Part shown: positions 14,520 through 26,151 of the stretch, piece after piece
Numbering within the stretch: the first letter of the stretch is position 1
Layout of the letters: each line of letters begins with the position of its first letter
NCBI GenBank assembly: GCA_001938485.1
Contig: MQRK01223772.1
Location: 1 to 55,514 of the forward strand
Direction: 5' to 3'
Length of the DNA stretch: 55,514 nt
DNA from: Girardia tigrina
Taxonomy: Eukaryota
Position numbers and translations under genes: made by a program
Notes under the pieces: model-generated
The model's database searches: none
Seen by the model: only the letters and a program-made list of their open reading frames with translations
What the model was told of the DNA's origin: nothing

Positions 14520-15004
14520 AACAAGTATGCCTGCATACCTGTAGGAAAACCTCGAGTGCCAGCGAGGCTAACATAGTGAAAAATTAAAAGAAAGTGTTAA
14601 ATAGCGCTTCCCAATAAATAATTGTCAAGTCTTTCAAAGAGTGCAGTAACACTTCTTCCAATCTTGACGTCGTCAGTTGTAGAATCAGCTCGAGACGAAT
14701 TGATGTGCTTAGTGCAAGAAGCTGCACCAAACATGGACTAAGACTCCCTCCTATCAGATAATGACAATTTTGAGAACAATGAAAGTGATGACGGGGATAA
14801 GATGAAAATACATAATATTATATGTATTTCCTAATAAAATATTACCGATCTTGAAACAATGCCTTACTTTTATATAAATTGTTACAAAATATATATGTAT
14901 AAATATAATTCAAACAAAATTTCAACCTAATCTTCTAACTAATAACTAATATTCTAAAGAGCAATCGCAAGTTCCTTAGTGGTACCCTTAAAAACAACAG
15001 GAAT
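14520..15004 (+). mobile_element. pogo-like transposon 3' remnant
   Basis: PVGKPRVP...IIVKSFKECS followed by an acidic tail. Ends GTGGTACCCTTAAAAACAACAGG, resembling the right end of the pogo element at 37154-38031. Confidence 0.45.
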
Positions 15005-15899
15005 ATTATATTTACTTTATAAAAACTTACAAATATTATATATAAATATTATTTTATATTTTTTATTTCATCATAAAAAGAATAAAAAACATATTTTATC
15101 AATTATATGTATTTTGTAAAAATGCATTTTGGAATTAAATTGTAAAATATTACATTGATTTCCATCATTAAAACAATAAATAAATTATTGTAAAGAATTT
15201 CTCATTTTCACAATTTTGATGTTTAAGAAATATTTAATTTTCATTTTATGATTTATTTTTTTGTTAAAAAATAGGAAATATAATTTGCTCGTGGAATTAT
15301 ATTTTTTCACTTATATTTTTTGTCACTTAATGCAACAAAATATAAAAAAAACATCCCATATATACATAAATTCATATATTATTTATCCGTGAATGAAAAT
15401 CTAAAATTTTTTGGATTAATTTATTATTGAAAAAGAAAACGAAATATCGAGAAAATTAACATTAATAATACATAAAACAACAATAAAAATATATTTTTCT
15501 ATTTAATAAAATTTATATTTCAACAAATAATAATAATAAAAAAAACTAAAAGCATATATAAATGAATTCATGAAATTCTGTTAATTGATAATTTTATTTT
15601 ATTTTTATCGTTTTTTTAAACATCAATTGTGATTTTGATTCATTCAAACTAAATTTAAATCATTTTTAAAGTTTTATTNNNNNNNNNNNNNNNNNNNNNN
15701 NNNNNNNNNNNNNNNNNNNNNNNNNNNNNNNNNNNNNNNNNNNNNNNNNNNNNNNNNNNNNNNNNNNNNNNNNNNNNNNNNNNNNNNNNNNNNNNNNNNN
15801 NNNNNNNAGGCTCGTTAATTTTTAAATTTTAAAATAAAAAAATGTAAATATTGTTAAACAAAAGATTTTAAAATAATAAATTAAATACTTTTGAGATGA

Positions 15900-16680
15900 A
15901 ACTAAGAATACGATGTTGAAAATGTTTAAACAGAATAAATAGTTTTACATATTAATTATAAAATAAAAAGCAAGTAGATTCTGAATGTAAATAATTAAAG
16001 ATAAGAGAAAAATCGAAGATAAAAAGACGAATTAAAACCCGATAGATTATCTAATGAAAATTCTAATATTGGATATACGCTAATCGTTCCTTATTCAGAG
16101 GGTTACAAAAAATTTAAATCGTCTATTTTAAAATCAATCGATATTAAATATTTGAATTTAAAAATCATTTCTAAACCTTACAAAATTCAATGTATGTTCA
16201 GCAATAAATCTCGTACTCCTTTGAGTTTATGTTCCATTCTGGTTTATCAATTTTCATGTAATTGGTGCAACGCTACATACATTGGAGAGACGTCTCGTCA
16301 TCTCTGTAAACGGATTCAGGAGCATGGACGATTGGGTAATGGGAGTAATATTGCTGGACATATGAAAAATTGTAGATCATAGGTGAAAACCACAAATTTT
16401 AAAATATTGTGCAGTAATTTTAAAAATTATTTAGAAAGAGTTACTTGTGAAGCATTATTGATTAAATCACTTAATCCGTCCATTAATGTCCAAACAAGTC
16501 TCTTCTACTTAGTTGAAAATATTTAATTAGTTATTACGCAAGATGTTTGCATAATCATCAATTTGCTATATATAAGACAGCGAAATTATTGTTAATTCAG
16601 CCTGAAGATGGTGGAAAATTAACTGAAATATATTGCGACAATAAAATTTGATTTTAATGACGTTCTTGATTTCAATAAAA
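15900..16680 (+). mobile_element. Penelope-like element 3' end (GIY-YIG endonuclease plus pLTR)
   Basis: VYQFSCNWCNATYIGETSRHLCKRIQEH (PLE GIY-YIG), then RVTCEALLIKSLNPSIN, followed by a hammerhead motif. Confidence 0.85.
16589..16641 (+). ncRNA. PLE-type hammerhead ribozyme, family A (stem II mutated)
   Basis: CTGAAGA-T-GGTGG AAAAT TAACT-GAAA-TATA-TT-GCGACAA. Same family as the intact copy at 33088. Confidence 0.6.
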
Positions 16681-16772
16681 GAAAATATTTAAAATAAATT
16701 TTTAAAATAAACTTGAAAAAAGATGGCAATTTTTTATTAAAAACAAATAAACGCCATTTAAAAATATATTTT

Positions 16773-16816
16773 AGGATAATATATTTCGACGGTTTAACCG
16801 TCATCATCAGATCACT
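16773..16816 (-). ncRNA. Hammerhead ribozyme, family B (inverted copy)
   Basis: Reverse complement reads AGTGAT-CTGATGA-T-GACGG TTAAA CCGTC-GAAA-TATA-TT-ATCCT. Confidence 0.85.
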
Positions 16817-17681
16817 GATTGTGTTCTTTTTTATTGCTTTTATATAAATGAATGATTATGTAATCAATTATGTAAGTCTAATCGAAAACTCTTAACAATA
16901 CTTTTAATAGATTTTGAAAACGTGGAAGAAAGAGACCAAGAGCGGTATAACAAACCTTTAATCATATTCATTTTATATTTAAACTCACAAAAACTGTTTA
17001 TGGAGGTGTACAAACCAGTATCAGTTTTCTTTCGATATATTTCAGTTTAAATATAAAATTTATATAAATTTAAATTTAAAAATATAAATTTATATAAAGT
17101 TTAAATATAAAAAGAATATGATTAAAGGTTTGTTATACCGCTCTTGGTCTCTTTCTTCCACGTTTTCAAAATCTATTAAAAGTATTGATACATTGAGCAA
17201 GTTATTGAATAATAACNNNNNNNNNNNNNNNNNNNNNNNNNNNNNNNNNNNNNNNNNNNNNNNNNNNNNNNNNNNNNNNNNNNNNNNNNNNNNNNNNNNN
17301 NNNNNNNNNNNNNNNNNNNNNNNNNNNNNNNNNNNNNNNNNNNNNNNNNNNNNNNNNNNNNNNNNNNNNNNNNNNNNNNNNNNNNNNNNNNNNNNNNNNN
17401 NNNNNNNNNNNNNNNNNNNNNNNNNNNNNNNNNNNNNNNNNNNNNNNNNNNNNNNNNNNNNNNNNNNNNNNNNNNNNNNNNNNNNNNNNNNNNNNNNNNN
17501 NNNNNNNNNNNNNNNNNNNNNNNNNNNNNNNNNNNNNNNNNNNNNNNNNNNNATGTGATCCTAAAATCAATGTTCAAACAGCACTCTCAACTAATTTGTT
17601 AAGAGTTTTCGATTAGACTTACATAATTGATTGCATAATCATTCATTTTCTTATATAAAAGCAATAAAAAAGAACATAATC

Positions 17682-17725
17682 AGTGATCTGATGATGACGG
17701 TTAAACCGTCGAAATATATTATCCT
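17682..17725 (+). ncRNA. Hammerhead ribozyme, family B (type I, minimal palindromic stem III)
   Basis: CTGATGA core at 17688, perfect 5-bp stem II GACGG/CCGTC, GAAA, palindromic TATA stem III, AUU cleavage triplet, stem I GAT/ATC. Confidence 0.85.
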
Positions 17726-19296
17726 AAAATATATTTTTAAATTTTTAAAAATATTAAGTTTTTAAAAAAATATTATATCTAAAATAAAATTAAAATATGT
17801 CTTGTATTAAAGTATCAAAATATTAAAATAGAATAGTTTAAAATATATATACAACAATTTTGAAAAAAATCAAGATTTAACGTTTAATTATAAAATTAAA
17901 AAAATAAAGCGTGAAAATTAATTTTTTCACCATCACTTTTAATAATTAAAAGTTATATCGATATTATTTTTTTCCATTTTTACATCTGGTTTGTACAAAA
18001 TTATATAAACGTCTAATTTTAAAAATTCAATCATTATAAAAGTTTTTTTCCTTTATTTGTTAGCTAAATTTCGATTAATTGTTTTTTTATTTTTTTATTG
18101 TCGTATTCGATTCTTATCGAATTATGTCAACTTGTTTTTAAAATTGTAAAAATGTAAGCACTAAATTATGATTTTTATTAGTTTCCTGTTGTCTCTTGGT
18201 TTGCTCCAAAGACTCACCAGTGGTAGCTAAGTCATGGTTGTGTTGGAACTAATTTTGAATTTTAAAGCCGTTAAATTCTATTGAACTCAAATTTTTTGAC
18301 AAAAAATAACAAAATCACAAGGTTAAAAAATTTGTTTTATAAAATGTTAATTCTCTCAATCAACAAAAATTTGAAATTTCAATTCAGCAAATTGAATTCA
18401 GCTAAGATCACAAATGAAAGCGTAAATGTCTCTCAGTGATTCGAAACTCTAAAAATCTTAAAAATTATTAGTTAAACTATTTTATTCATAATCGTCAATT
18501 TATTTTGTTAATCAATAATTCGTAAAAGTAACAATCATAAAATAATACTACTAAAATCGCAATCGTCAAAAATAAAAATTAGAGAAATTTTGCAATTGTA
18601 AAAAAATAATTGTTCTAGTATAACTGATTTTTAAAAAAACTTGATGACTATAACTATGTCTGATTGGTAAACCAATAAGAGCGAGCTATTTTCAAAACGA
18701 CCTTTTGTATGGTCATTTACATACTACATCCCAAAATCCAGACAAAGAACTCTTTGTCTGGTTTGAAATTTACATCAAAATATCAAATAAAACTGATGTA
18801 ACTTAGAAATTTTACTCTTGTTGGGTGTGATATTATTGGTGTTGTATTTTATATTATTATTTTAATTTTATTAATGTAAATTTATTTGTTTCATGGTATG
18901 CCTTAGCATCTGAGTTTATTTTGACCCAACATATTATTTAGATATGTCTCTCCTCTAAGTGTCCCTAACTCACACTTATTAGAGATCCATATCGTACCCC
19001 ATCAACCCCATCTGGCCCTTTATCTCACCAGTGAAGTTGATACCTATTGGGTTCGGCATTATATTTAAATATCTTAAATCTATGAAAGTTGGCTTATGCT
19101 ACTTCTATTTAGTAAATGATTATCTTATTTCTTCCTCAACATGTTTTTTTATTTGGTTACTATATTTCTTATTATGAGTTTATCATTTTCATATCAGAGA
19201 TTAAAGTTAAAAGAATATGAACAAATTATATGTTGACATTTTTTATTAAAATATAACAAAAGAAAATGCTAATCAAAGGCAATCCACCCATCGTCC

Positions 19297-20072
19297 CTAA
19301 TCATCCAAATCTGATAGATTGACAAACTCTTCACCTTGACCAGTTGTGATAGATCGGAACTGTAGGCTGTCACGAATCTTCTTCTGAATTTCTAGTTTTG
19401 ACTTAAAGTCCAGCCATTCTTATTGTTCTATAGTCTCTTGAAAATTATTTGTTGGAAAAAGCAGCGAAATTTGATACGAGGTATCAAAATCAGAGACTCT
19501 CTTTGACTGGTGTCATTCCTGATTACCGTCTTACCATCTTGGACGTCAACCTCAATACTACTGGGTTTAAAAACAGCTTGCAGCTCATTCTTGGCCTGTT
19601 GAAACATTTGAGCCTTTTGTTTCCTCTGTTCCAGCCGCTTCTGGGATCTGCTGAGCACCCCAGAGGAAGATGATGCCATATCCTCTTTCATAATTGACCC
19701 ATAAATGTTCGAGTTCGTCACCAGATGCTTCTTTTCTGTATTTGATCCAATCTTGTTTGCTGTTTCTATAATTATTTCGGGTTGCTCTTCTGAAATCTTT
19801 TCGATCACCTTCTTGTAGTAGCTGGACATATTTTGCTGGATTCTTATCTCGGTGACCTCGTTTTGCAAGGACTTTATTTTTTGTTGTCCTAGCAAATATT
19901 TGTTCACAACCGGTTTGTGAATTGATAGAGGAACGGAATTCTTTCTATAATCCTCAAATTCGGTTGTCCTCTTCGTCAATTCGTCATTCAGCTTGTCACA
20001 TTCGCCTTTCTATTTCTGTAACTCCAGCAGCAGTACTCTTTGTTGTTCTTTGCTTTTTTATTTTCCATCCAT
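19297..20072 (-). pseudogene. Disrupted ORF (~258 codons) for an unknown coiled-coil protein, possibly a TE accessory gene
   Basis: The 183-aa ORF 19428-19979 extends upstream through two stops (EQQRVLLLELQK*KGECDKLNDEL) to an ATG at 20072. It extends downstream by frameshift (EWLDFKSKLEIQKKIRDSL...DLDD*). No introns seen. Confidence 0.45.
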
Positions 20073-20216
20073 GCTGAATAAGTACGATGAGTGGATTAAA
20101 AAAATAAAATAAAAAAAATAAAAATAGAAGAACAAAAAGAATAATTGATGGAGGCTAAGAGAGAAACGAATTCTCTTCTAGAAATGAAACTTGGCAAGGA
20201 CGTTCTCAAACTTCCA

Positions 20217-20380
20217 GATCGTCAATAGTCTCGGCAGGCACTATAAGCACCTGCCGTTAATCTATTAACGGATCGGCAGTTATCAAATTACCTCACAACC
20301 TGTTCATATTCCCTACCTGATCGTCAATAGTCTCGGCAGGAACTATAAGCCCATACCGTTATCTATCGACAGATCGGCAG
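20217..20380 (-). repeat. Two tandem ~62-bp hairpin-forming repeats, 102 bp apart
   Basis: GATCGTCAATAGTCTCGGCAGG..CTATAAGC... occurs at 20217 and 20319. Each copy folds into a long stem-loop. Confidence 0.8.
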
Positions 20381-20800
20381 CCTTGAGGTGCTCCCCAACC
20401 TCCATCAACTTAAAAAAAAGAATCCTTAAAAAATTACCTAAGTTCAAAACAAAATCCTTTTTCTCTAATAAAATTTATTCAATAAAAAGTCTGATCAAGT
20501 GCACAAATTCGGATGAATTTATACCAATCTTTCGTCACAAAAACTCACAGAACCAGCAAGCAGTCAATTCTCACAGTCAACCTTCAATCATCCTTCACTA
20601 AGTCAACAGTCCTCAGATAGAAAAAACCCGGAGATGGCCAAAATCCCGATCAAACCCACGTCAACAAATCAGGCCATCAAATTCTCACAAGAAAATATTC
20701 GAATCGACAAGATCCAAGGGTCAAAACCAATTAAAAGTTTCTATTTTTTAATTAATTAATTATAAATTATCATTATAATATTTTATTTTTTAGATTTAGA

Positions 20801-20876
20801 GAGTTTTTCCATTGCCTGCCTCGGTGCCGGTGCAATGAATAGGCCCGAGGCTGACGCGAAGGAAAAACTCACTAGT
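20801..20876 (+). mobile_element. Helitron/Helentron-like terminal hairpin
   Basis: GAGTTTTTCC/GGAAAAACTC 10-bp inverted repeat enclosing a GC-rich hairpin, followed by ACTAGT. Confidence 0.4.
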
Positions 20877-20989
20877 CTCAACACTCTGATGTTTTTAATA
20901 TGACATGCATTCTTGGTTAATTTTTGGGTAGTGTATTTCAGAATGCTCAATGCAGAAAAATTTGTGGCGATTTACTTGAAACATTCTTG

Positions 20990-21570
20990 TTCATTATCAA
21001 ATGCATTGAAAAGTACTTGAATATACCAAACTTGATTTACCGTGGTTGCAAGAGCACCTTTTTTGGATTAACCGGAGGACTAAAAAGGATGTTGTGAGAG
21101 CCTGGTATTAATGCAATCATGTGTTTCCAGATTTTATTTTGACAGTGCTTATTTATGGCTCTGTTATCCCATTTACAAGGAGAACATGACATTTTAATGT
21201 CACCATGTTGTTTGTGAAGAAGCAAACCGACTATTTAGGTCTCCACAAATTGTCCACTGGTGTTTTTCATAAATGATTTTCTGGAGAACAAGTTACAGGT
21301 TTGAACATGTTTCTTTGAGATGAGTTAAGTTGGTCACAGGCATAGAGTCATATTTGTTGCAGTTGTGAAGAAAAACGCCTTTTAGACTTCTCTTTGAAGA
21401 GTCATGAAAACGTCTCCAGTCATCCGCACTATAAGCAGTTTCAGAGCCTCCAAAGCTTGACGACAAATCAGGAATATTATTACAATAAACGAAGTTGTTA
21501 TTCTGTGATAAATAAAGCAGGGAGTTTTTGTGATGGTTCCTGGTACCACGAATATGATGTCCCGGGACGC
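20990..21570 (-). mobile_element. Chapaev3-like (CMC) transposase remnant
   Basis: Minus-strand translation DDWRRFHDSSKRSLKGVFLHN...HLKET...HQWTICGDL...CKWDNRA...VLLQPR*IKFG matches my recollection of the family consensus WRLFIDSSKRSLKAVLLHN...PPLHIKLG. Confidence 0.75.
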
Positions 21571-22330
21571 AATTAATTCTTCAACCTCAACCTTCACACT
21601 AGAAGCTGAGTCGAATCAATTACCTATTTAATTTTCATATTATTATTTATATTACCTTTTTTTAAATAAGACACAAATGATTTGGCGATTTGTCATCCAA
21701 CAAATAATTCGATTGATCGTTTAAAATTTTCGAACAGAAATCAAACTTCGAAGACTATCTTCGGTAGGAGAGAGAAACAGTTTGAGCATAAATAAAAAAT
21801 ACAAAATACCAATAAATATATAAATATATCTTGAAATTCCTAAACATTATTATTATTATTGTAATTTTAAAACAATTTGATCTACATTAAAATTACCACA
21901 TGCTTTAGCGACTCTTAAAATAATATTCAGTTTTAAATAATAATTATATAATTTTCGTTAATAGTTTCAAGAATAATTTTGTTCTAAAACTAATTCTCTT
22001 TTAAAACAAAGACATTCTTTTAGAAATTTTTAATTTCTTTGTTTTAATTTCTGTTTTGTTTGATTGACATTCATTAGACTTGTATTTGGGCAATTGAGTA
22101 AGTGGTTTCTTAGGGATACTTTTAGAGACTTCAAAATTTACATTGTCGCATTTAAATAAGTTTTGTATGTAAGTCAAAATTTGTTGTCCGAATTAGTTTC
22201 TGTCAAATAGTTTTTGAGAGATCGCGATATGACCAGACTTTGTTGACTGGGTTGACCAAAAAGTTATTGCATTTTCGACCTCATCAGAAACAACGTCCAA
22301 AACAAGATAGAAATAACCATAACCAAAATA

Positions 22331-22623
22331 ACCATATCCATCATTTTTGTTGGATTATTTTCACAAACGACTGTCTAAGCTCGTAAGAAAATTTTTTAGA
22401 ATTGATTTGGGGCTGCGAGTACTCCAACAATTACGAGTGTAACCCCGGCGATCACTGTTGGATCAAGGTAGAATTTTACCGCTATTAAGGATGTCAATAT
22501 TACTTTTAATATTTTTATTATTATAACAAGTTTGATTGTCCTCAGAACAATTTTTGCCAAATCTTTCTTACGAGCTTAGACAGTCATTTGTGAAAATAAT
22601 CCAACAAAAATGATGAATATGGT
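22331..22623. mobile_element. Foldback/MITE with ~60-85 bp inverted arms
   Basis: ACCATAT.CATCATTTTTGTTGGATTATTTTCACAAA.GACTGTCTAAGCTCGTAAGAAA and its reverse complement at 22564-22623. Confidence 0.7.
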
Positions 22624-22941
22624 CATCTTGGTACTCCATTTTTAATCCATGGTAAAGTATACATTAAAATAAAATCAGTTGAAGTTTAATATAAGCAGTC
22701 TGTAAAATTAAGTTTCGTAATATATGGGAATTTAAATTTAAACATCACGCTAACGTTCTAAATCAAACTGAAGGAGAACAATGACGCACAAAACATATGC
22801 GATATTCACCAAAAACAATCTTTTAGAAATTTCAAAATCACTTAAATTTGCTTTCTATTAATTCTATCGCATTTTATAATCGTTTTAAATATTTTTGATA
22901 ATCTCTTCAAAAAACAGTCAATATTACTGTTAGTAGCTGAA

Positions 22942-23210
22942 GTAGGGGTCTCCGGATCGAGAGTTGAAGACCAACAACTAGTACTAGTGCGGTAAATTAT
23001 CGCTCGGCGGGACGGATCGGCCGGTCTTGTTCCGACCAGAATTCGATTGGACCCGCCTGGCACCGGTCGGTGTACCGCTAAGTAACAATCTCTCGACAGA
23101 ATTGCCGTTGCTTCCCGGAAATCCGCCGGGCGTCGCTGAATTGTGTGGGGCGATGGCGCAAGTGATCTGGAAAATTGGGCTCGTCGTCGAGCAATGAGAT
23201 TCGATTCGCC
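22942..23210 (+). ncRNA. Candidate structured non-coding RNA (GC-rich island), family unknown
   Basis: GC/CpG-rich island with nested long-range stems and several local hairpins, with G-U pairs on the + strand. No convincing ORF. Confidence 0.35.
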
Positions 23211-23499
23211 ATTTATTAGATCGTAAAATCAGGTTTTAACATGAAAAGAAAGCAAATAACACCGAATTAACATTTATTGACTTTCAAATTCAATATCAAC
23301 ATAAATTCCACAGTTTTAAAATTGTGTGTCATTCTTTTCACATTATTAAAACAATGATAGTTATTTTTTATTATTTTTTAATTTTTTGTCAGTTAAATTT
23401 GTGATTAAAATTTTCACGAGCACGACAAAAGCATTTATGTAACTTTCATTATCAACAAGTTCGCAATTCATATTCAAAAACAAAAATTTATTCGGTGAT

Positions 23500-23697
23500 T
23501 CAAAAGTTTTAACTAACTCCTCATATCCCCTAACCCTAACCATAAACCAAACCTTAACCTTAACCCTAACTTTAACCCAGTTTTTCACGGAGCAGTTTTT
23601 TAGGAAGCAATAATTATAGAAGCAATAATGAGAGGAGTAATTTTTATAGAGAGGAAGTTTTGAGGAGCACTTTTTTTAGAGAAATTACCTGGATACC
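23500..23697. mobile_element. MULE-like MITE end with degenerate TAACCC repeats
   Basis: (TAACCY)n-like tract at 23528-23578, short GAG(C/T)AA-type subterminal repeats, terminal AATTACCTGGATACC. Confidence 0.45.
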
Positions 23698-23699
23698 TT

Positions 23700-25021
23700 T
23701 TCAACTATTATCATCGTATACATTTTTTTATAAACTTCTAAAATTTATCATTTACATTCACTTCTACTTCTTTAATGTTTTCTGTTTTGTCTCTCATTAC
23801 GCATATAATATCTTTTATACTACTTTTACTATAAATATTGATACTTTGGGAGTCTTTTATATCTTTTAGTTTATTGCCCCGACTCGCTGCACTTCTGCCG
23901 AGTCTCTGTCTTTTGGGCGCTCTTCCTTCGTTATCGATTCTTCATATTCTTCTTCAATATTCGCCTCAAATCTTCTATTATTTCTTCTTTTTTATCTTTA
24001 TCTCTATATTGTCGTTAAAAGTTACCCCCTTCTTGGTAATTTTAATCCGATGATCTTTGTTTGTCCTTTCTTTCGTATAGTCTGGTATAACATTCGTCTT
24101 CTTTGTTACCTCTATTTTGGCCCCTCTTACATTCGATATTTAGACAATTTCTGCTTACATATCTCTGCTGTTCACAGGCAAAACTCTGATTTGTCTCCTC
24201 TCTGTACAGTTTGTTATAATATATGCCTCCATTTCTCATCGTAAACATTTCCTAGATTTAAGTTGTCTATTTATTCCACTTGTTTAATGGTTTCTATCCA
24301 AGTTTCGACTATTCTATATCTGTTGTTCCTGTACCCCAAACTATTGTTTGTTTCTTTTCAAATCTGCTGTTATTTCGTGCCATCATCTCCTTGTAGCTTT
24401 TGGTTTTGTTCTGCGTCCCGTTATCTCTTAGTGCGTTTTTCTGTTCCTCTACATTCTTGATCTCATGTATTGCACTGATCTTATTTTTTCTTTGTTCTAC
24501 TCCTTTTACTTTGTACATGCGTACTTCGTTCTTGATATCGATCTCATTACAGCAGTTCATTGATAATGTTGCAATTATATTCACTTTCGACGTATGACGT
24601 TGCAAAATTCTTTCTTCCAGCTTTTCTGTCTTGTTGAAAAAGACTTCCGCTATATCATCCTTCATCATATACCAGTACGGTTTTGACCAATCATTAAATA
24701 ATAAGGATGTCCGACCAAATGCTTTTACAAGTCGGTTTTTTATATTCTACTCTAAATTATCGACTTGTCAACGGTCTTATATTTTTCTTTCACGTCTCTG
24801 TCTAACAGACACAACACAATAATTTCTTCATTCTGCTTTGCCACTCTCGTAAATTGGAAGAACGTTTTACATTTCTCTATAAACGTCTTCACATTTTCAC
24901 CTTTCCAAAAGTTTTCAGGCAGCAAGTGATTCGTGAAGTAGTCAAAAACAGCGTTAGTCGCCATATTAGTAGAGTTTATGCCACTTTCACTATCATCAAG
25001 TTCGCGATTGGTATTTAACAC
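23700..25021 (-). mobile_element. Degenerate LTR retrotransposon gag region
   Basis: Frameshifted minus-strand ORFs LLPENFWKGENVKTFIEKCKTFF..., a Lys/Glu-rich helical region and a decayed zinc knuckle (FACEQQRYVSRNC). Confidence 0.6.
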
Positions 25022-26045
25022 AAAGAAAATATTCTGCGAATTAAAAATTTTAACTAACTTCTCATAATGTTAATTATCATTCAATTGTTTATTGAGAATT
25101 AATAATGCATAAAAATCATCACTTAAATTTCCAAACTCTTCCTGAATCCCGAATGCCAGTAGCCCGATTTGTGCTTGTAATACTAGGAAAATTAAATTGC
25201 TCAGTAGCTGGAATTATTATATTTGTAATTACTCTTGAGGTCAGTTCCATTTTAGTTATATGCGATACATTCAGCAAGTTTCGGGAAAAAATGCAAGTAA
25301 TCTCATTTGTGGCAACATAGTCATGGCTTTCTTTAATTTAAAAATAATTTTCTGAAGTCCTGATCATAGAGTACTCTGATTTATTGAATGTTTTCAAATG
25401 ATGGATCCTCAATACTCGGAAACAAGGAACAGAAATGGTCAACAAGTTTTTAATTAGAATGGATCTTCCTGTCTTTTACACCTTTTAACGTTTATTCTAG
25501 AGTTGCATCTCGCGGCTTTACGATTAAGGATATTTTAATATTGCCGTTATGAATCACAAATTCCTTATTTTGTCCATTCGCATATGATTCTTAGAAGTAG
25601 TATTCTGATGGCTTTCTATACAGAGTAAATACTGGTATTTTTCGTACAGAAAAATAGGTTTATGTAATACCACACATTTTTTATGAGATACATAAGTTCA
25701 GGTTTAATCCACATAACCCTCTCTGTATGATTATCTTTTCTAGTTGAGCAGTTGCTACTTAATAATTCACAGATTGTGTTCTCTAATTTCTTTCATATTT
25801 TATGTAGTTATGATTTAATAACAGTTTTGTTGGAAAACAAAATTAGTCCGTGCACAACACTCTTCTGAGAGTACCTTTCATCGGTAGTTTTACTTTCTTT
25901 CCTAGCGTTGGTCTTACTACTTTTTATCATAACAGGATCCATCTTAAGGTAAGACTTTACATTCGAAACCAATAACAGTTTTATTTTTTTAATTTAGTTT
26001 GAAAAAAACTCGTTTTGGTAATATTTTGTTTATAGAAAGATTTTC

Positions 26046-26151
26046 TGATCCATGAATATATGTTATATGTTATATGATCCATGAATATATGTTATATGTT
26101 ATATGATCCATGAATATATGTTATATGTTATATGATCCATGAATATATGTT
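26046..26151. repeat. 29-bp minisatellite, ~3.7 copies
   Basis: TGATCCATGAATATATGTTATATGTTATA repeated perfectly. Confidence 0.95.

Larger units (their letters stand above)
16760..17745. mobile_element. Second Penelope-like element fragment with an inverted partial pLTR
   Basis: 17115-17740 (+) encodes IKGLLYRSWSLSS (PLE RT thumb) ... DPKINVQ (end of GIY-YIG). 16760-16970 is an inverted, internally deleted copy of it. Confidence 0.8.

Noticed and set aside
22262-22292. Minimal hammerhead on the minus strand (CTGATGAGGTCGAAA)
   Set aside because: Stem II loop is only 2 nt, and stems I and III do not pair convincingly.
23528-23578. Interstitial telomere (TAACCC)n
   Set aside because: Degenerate and embedded in a MITE-like end. 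Similar tracts occur near 36890 and 40600.
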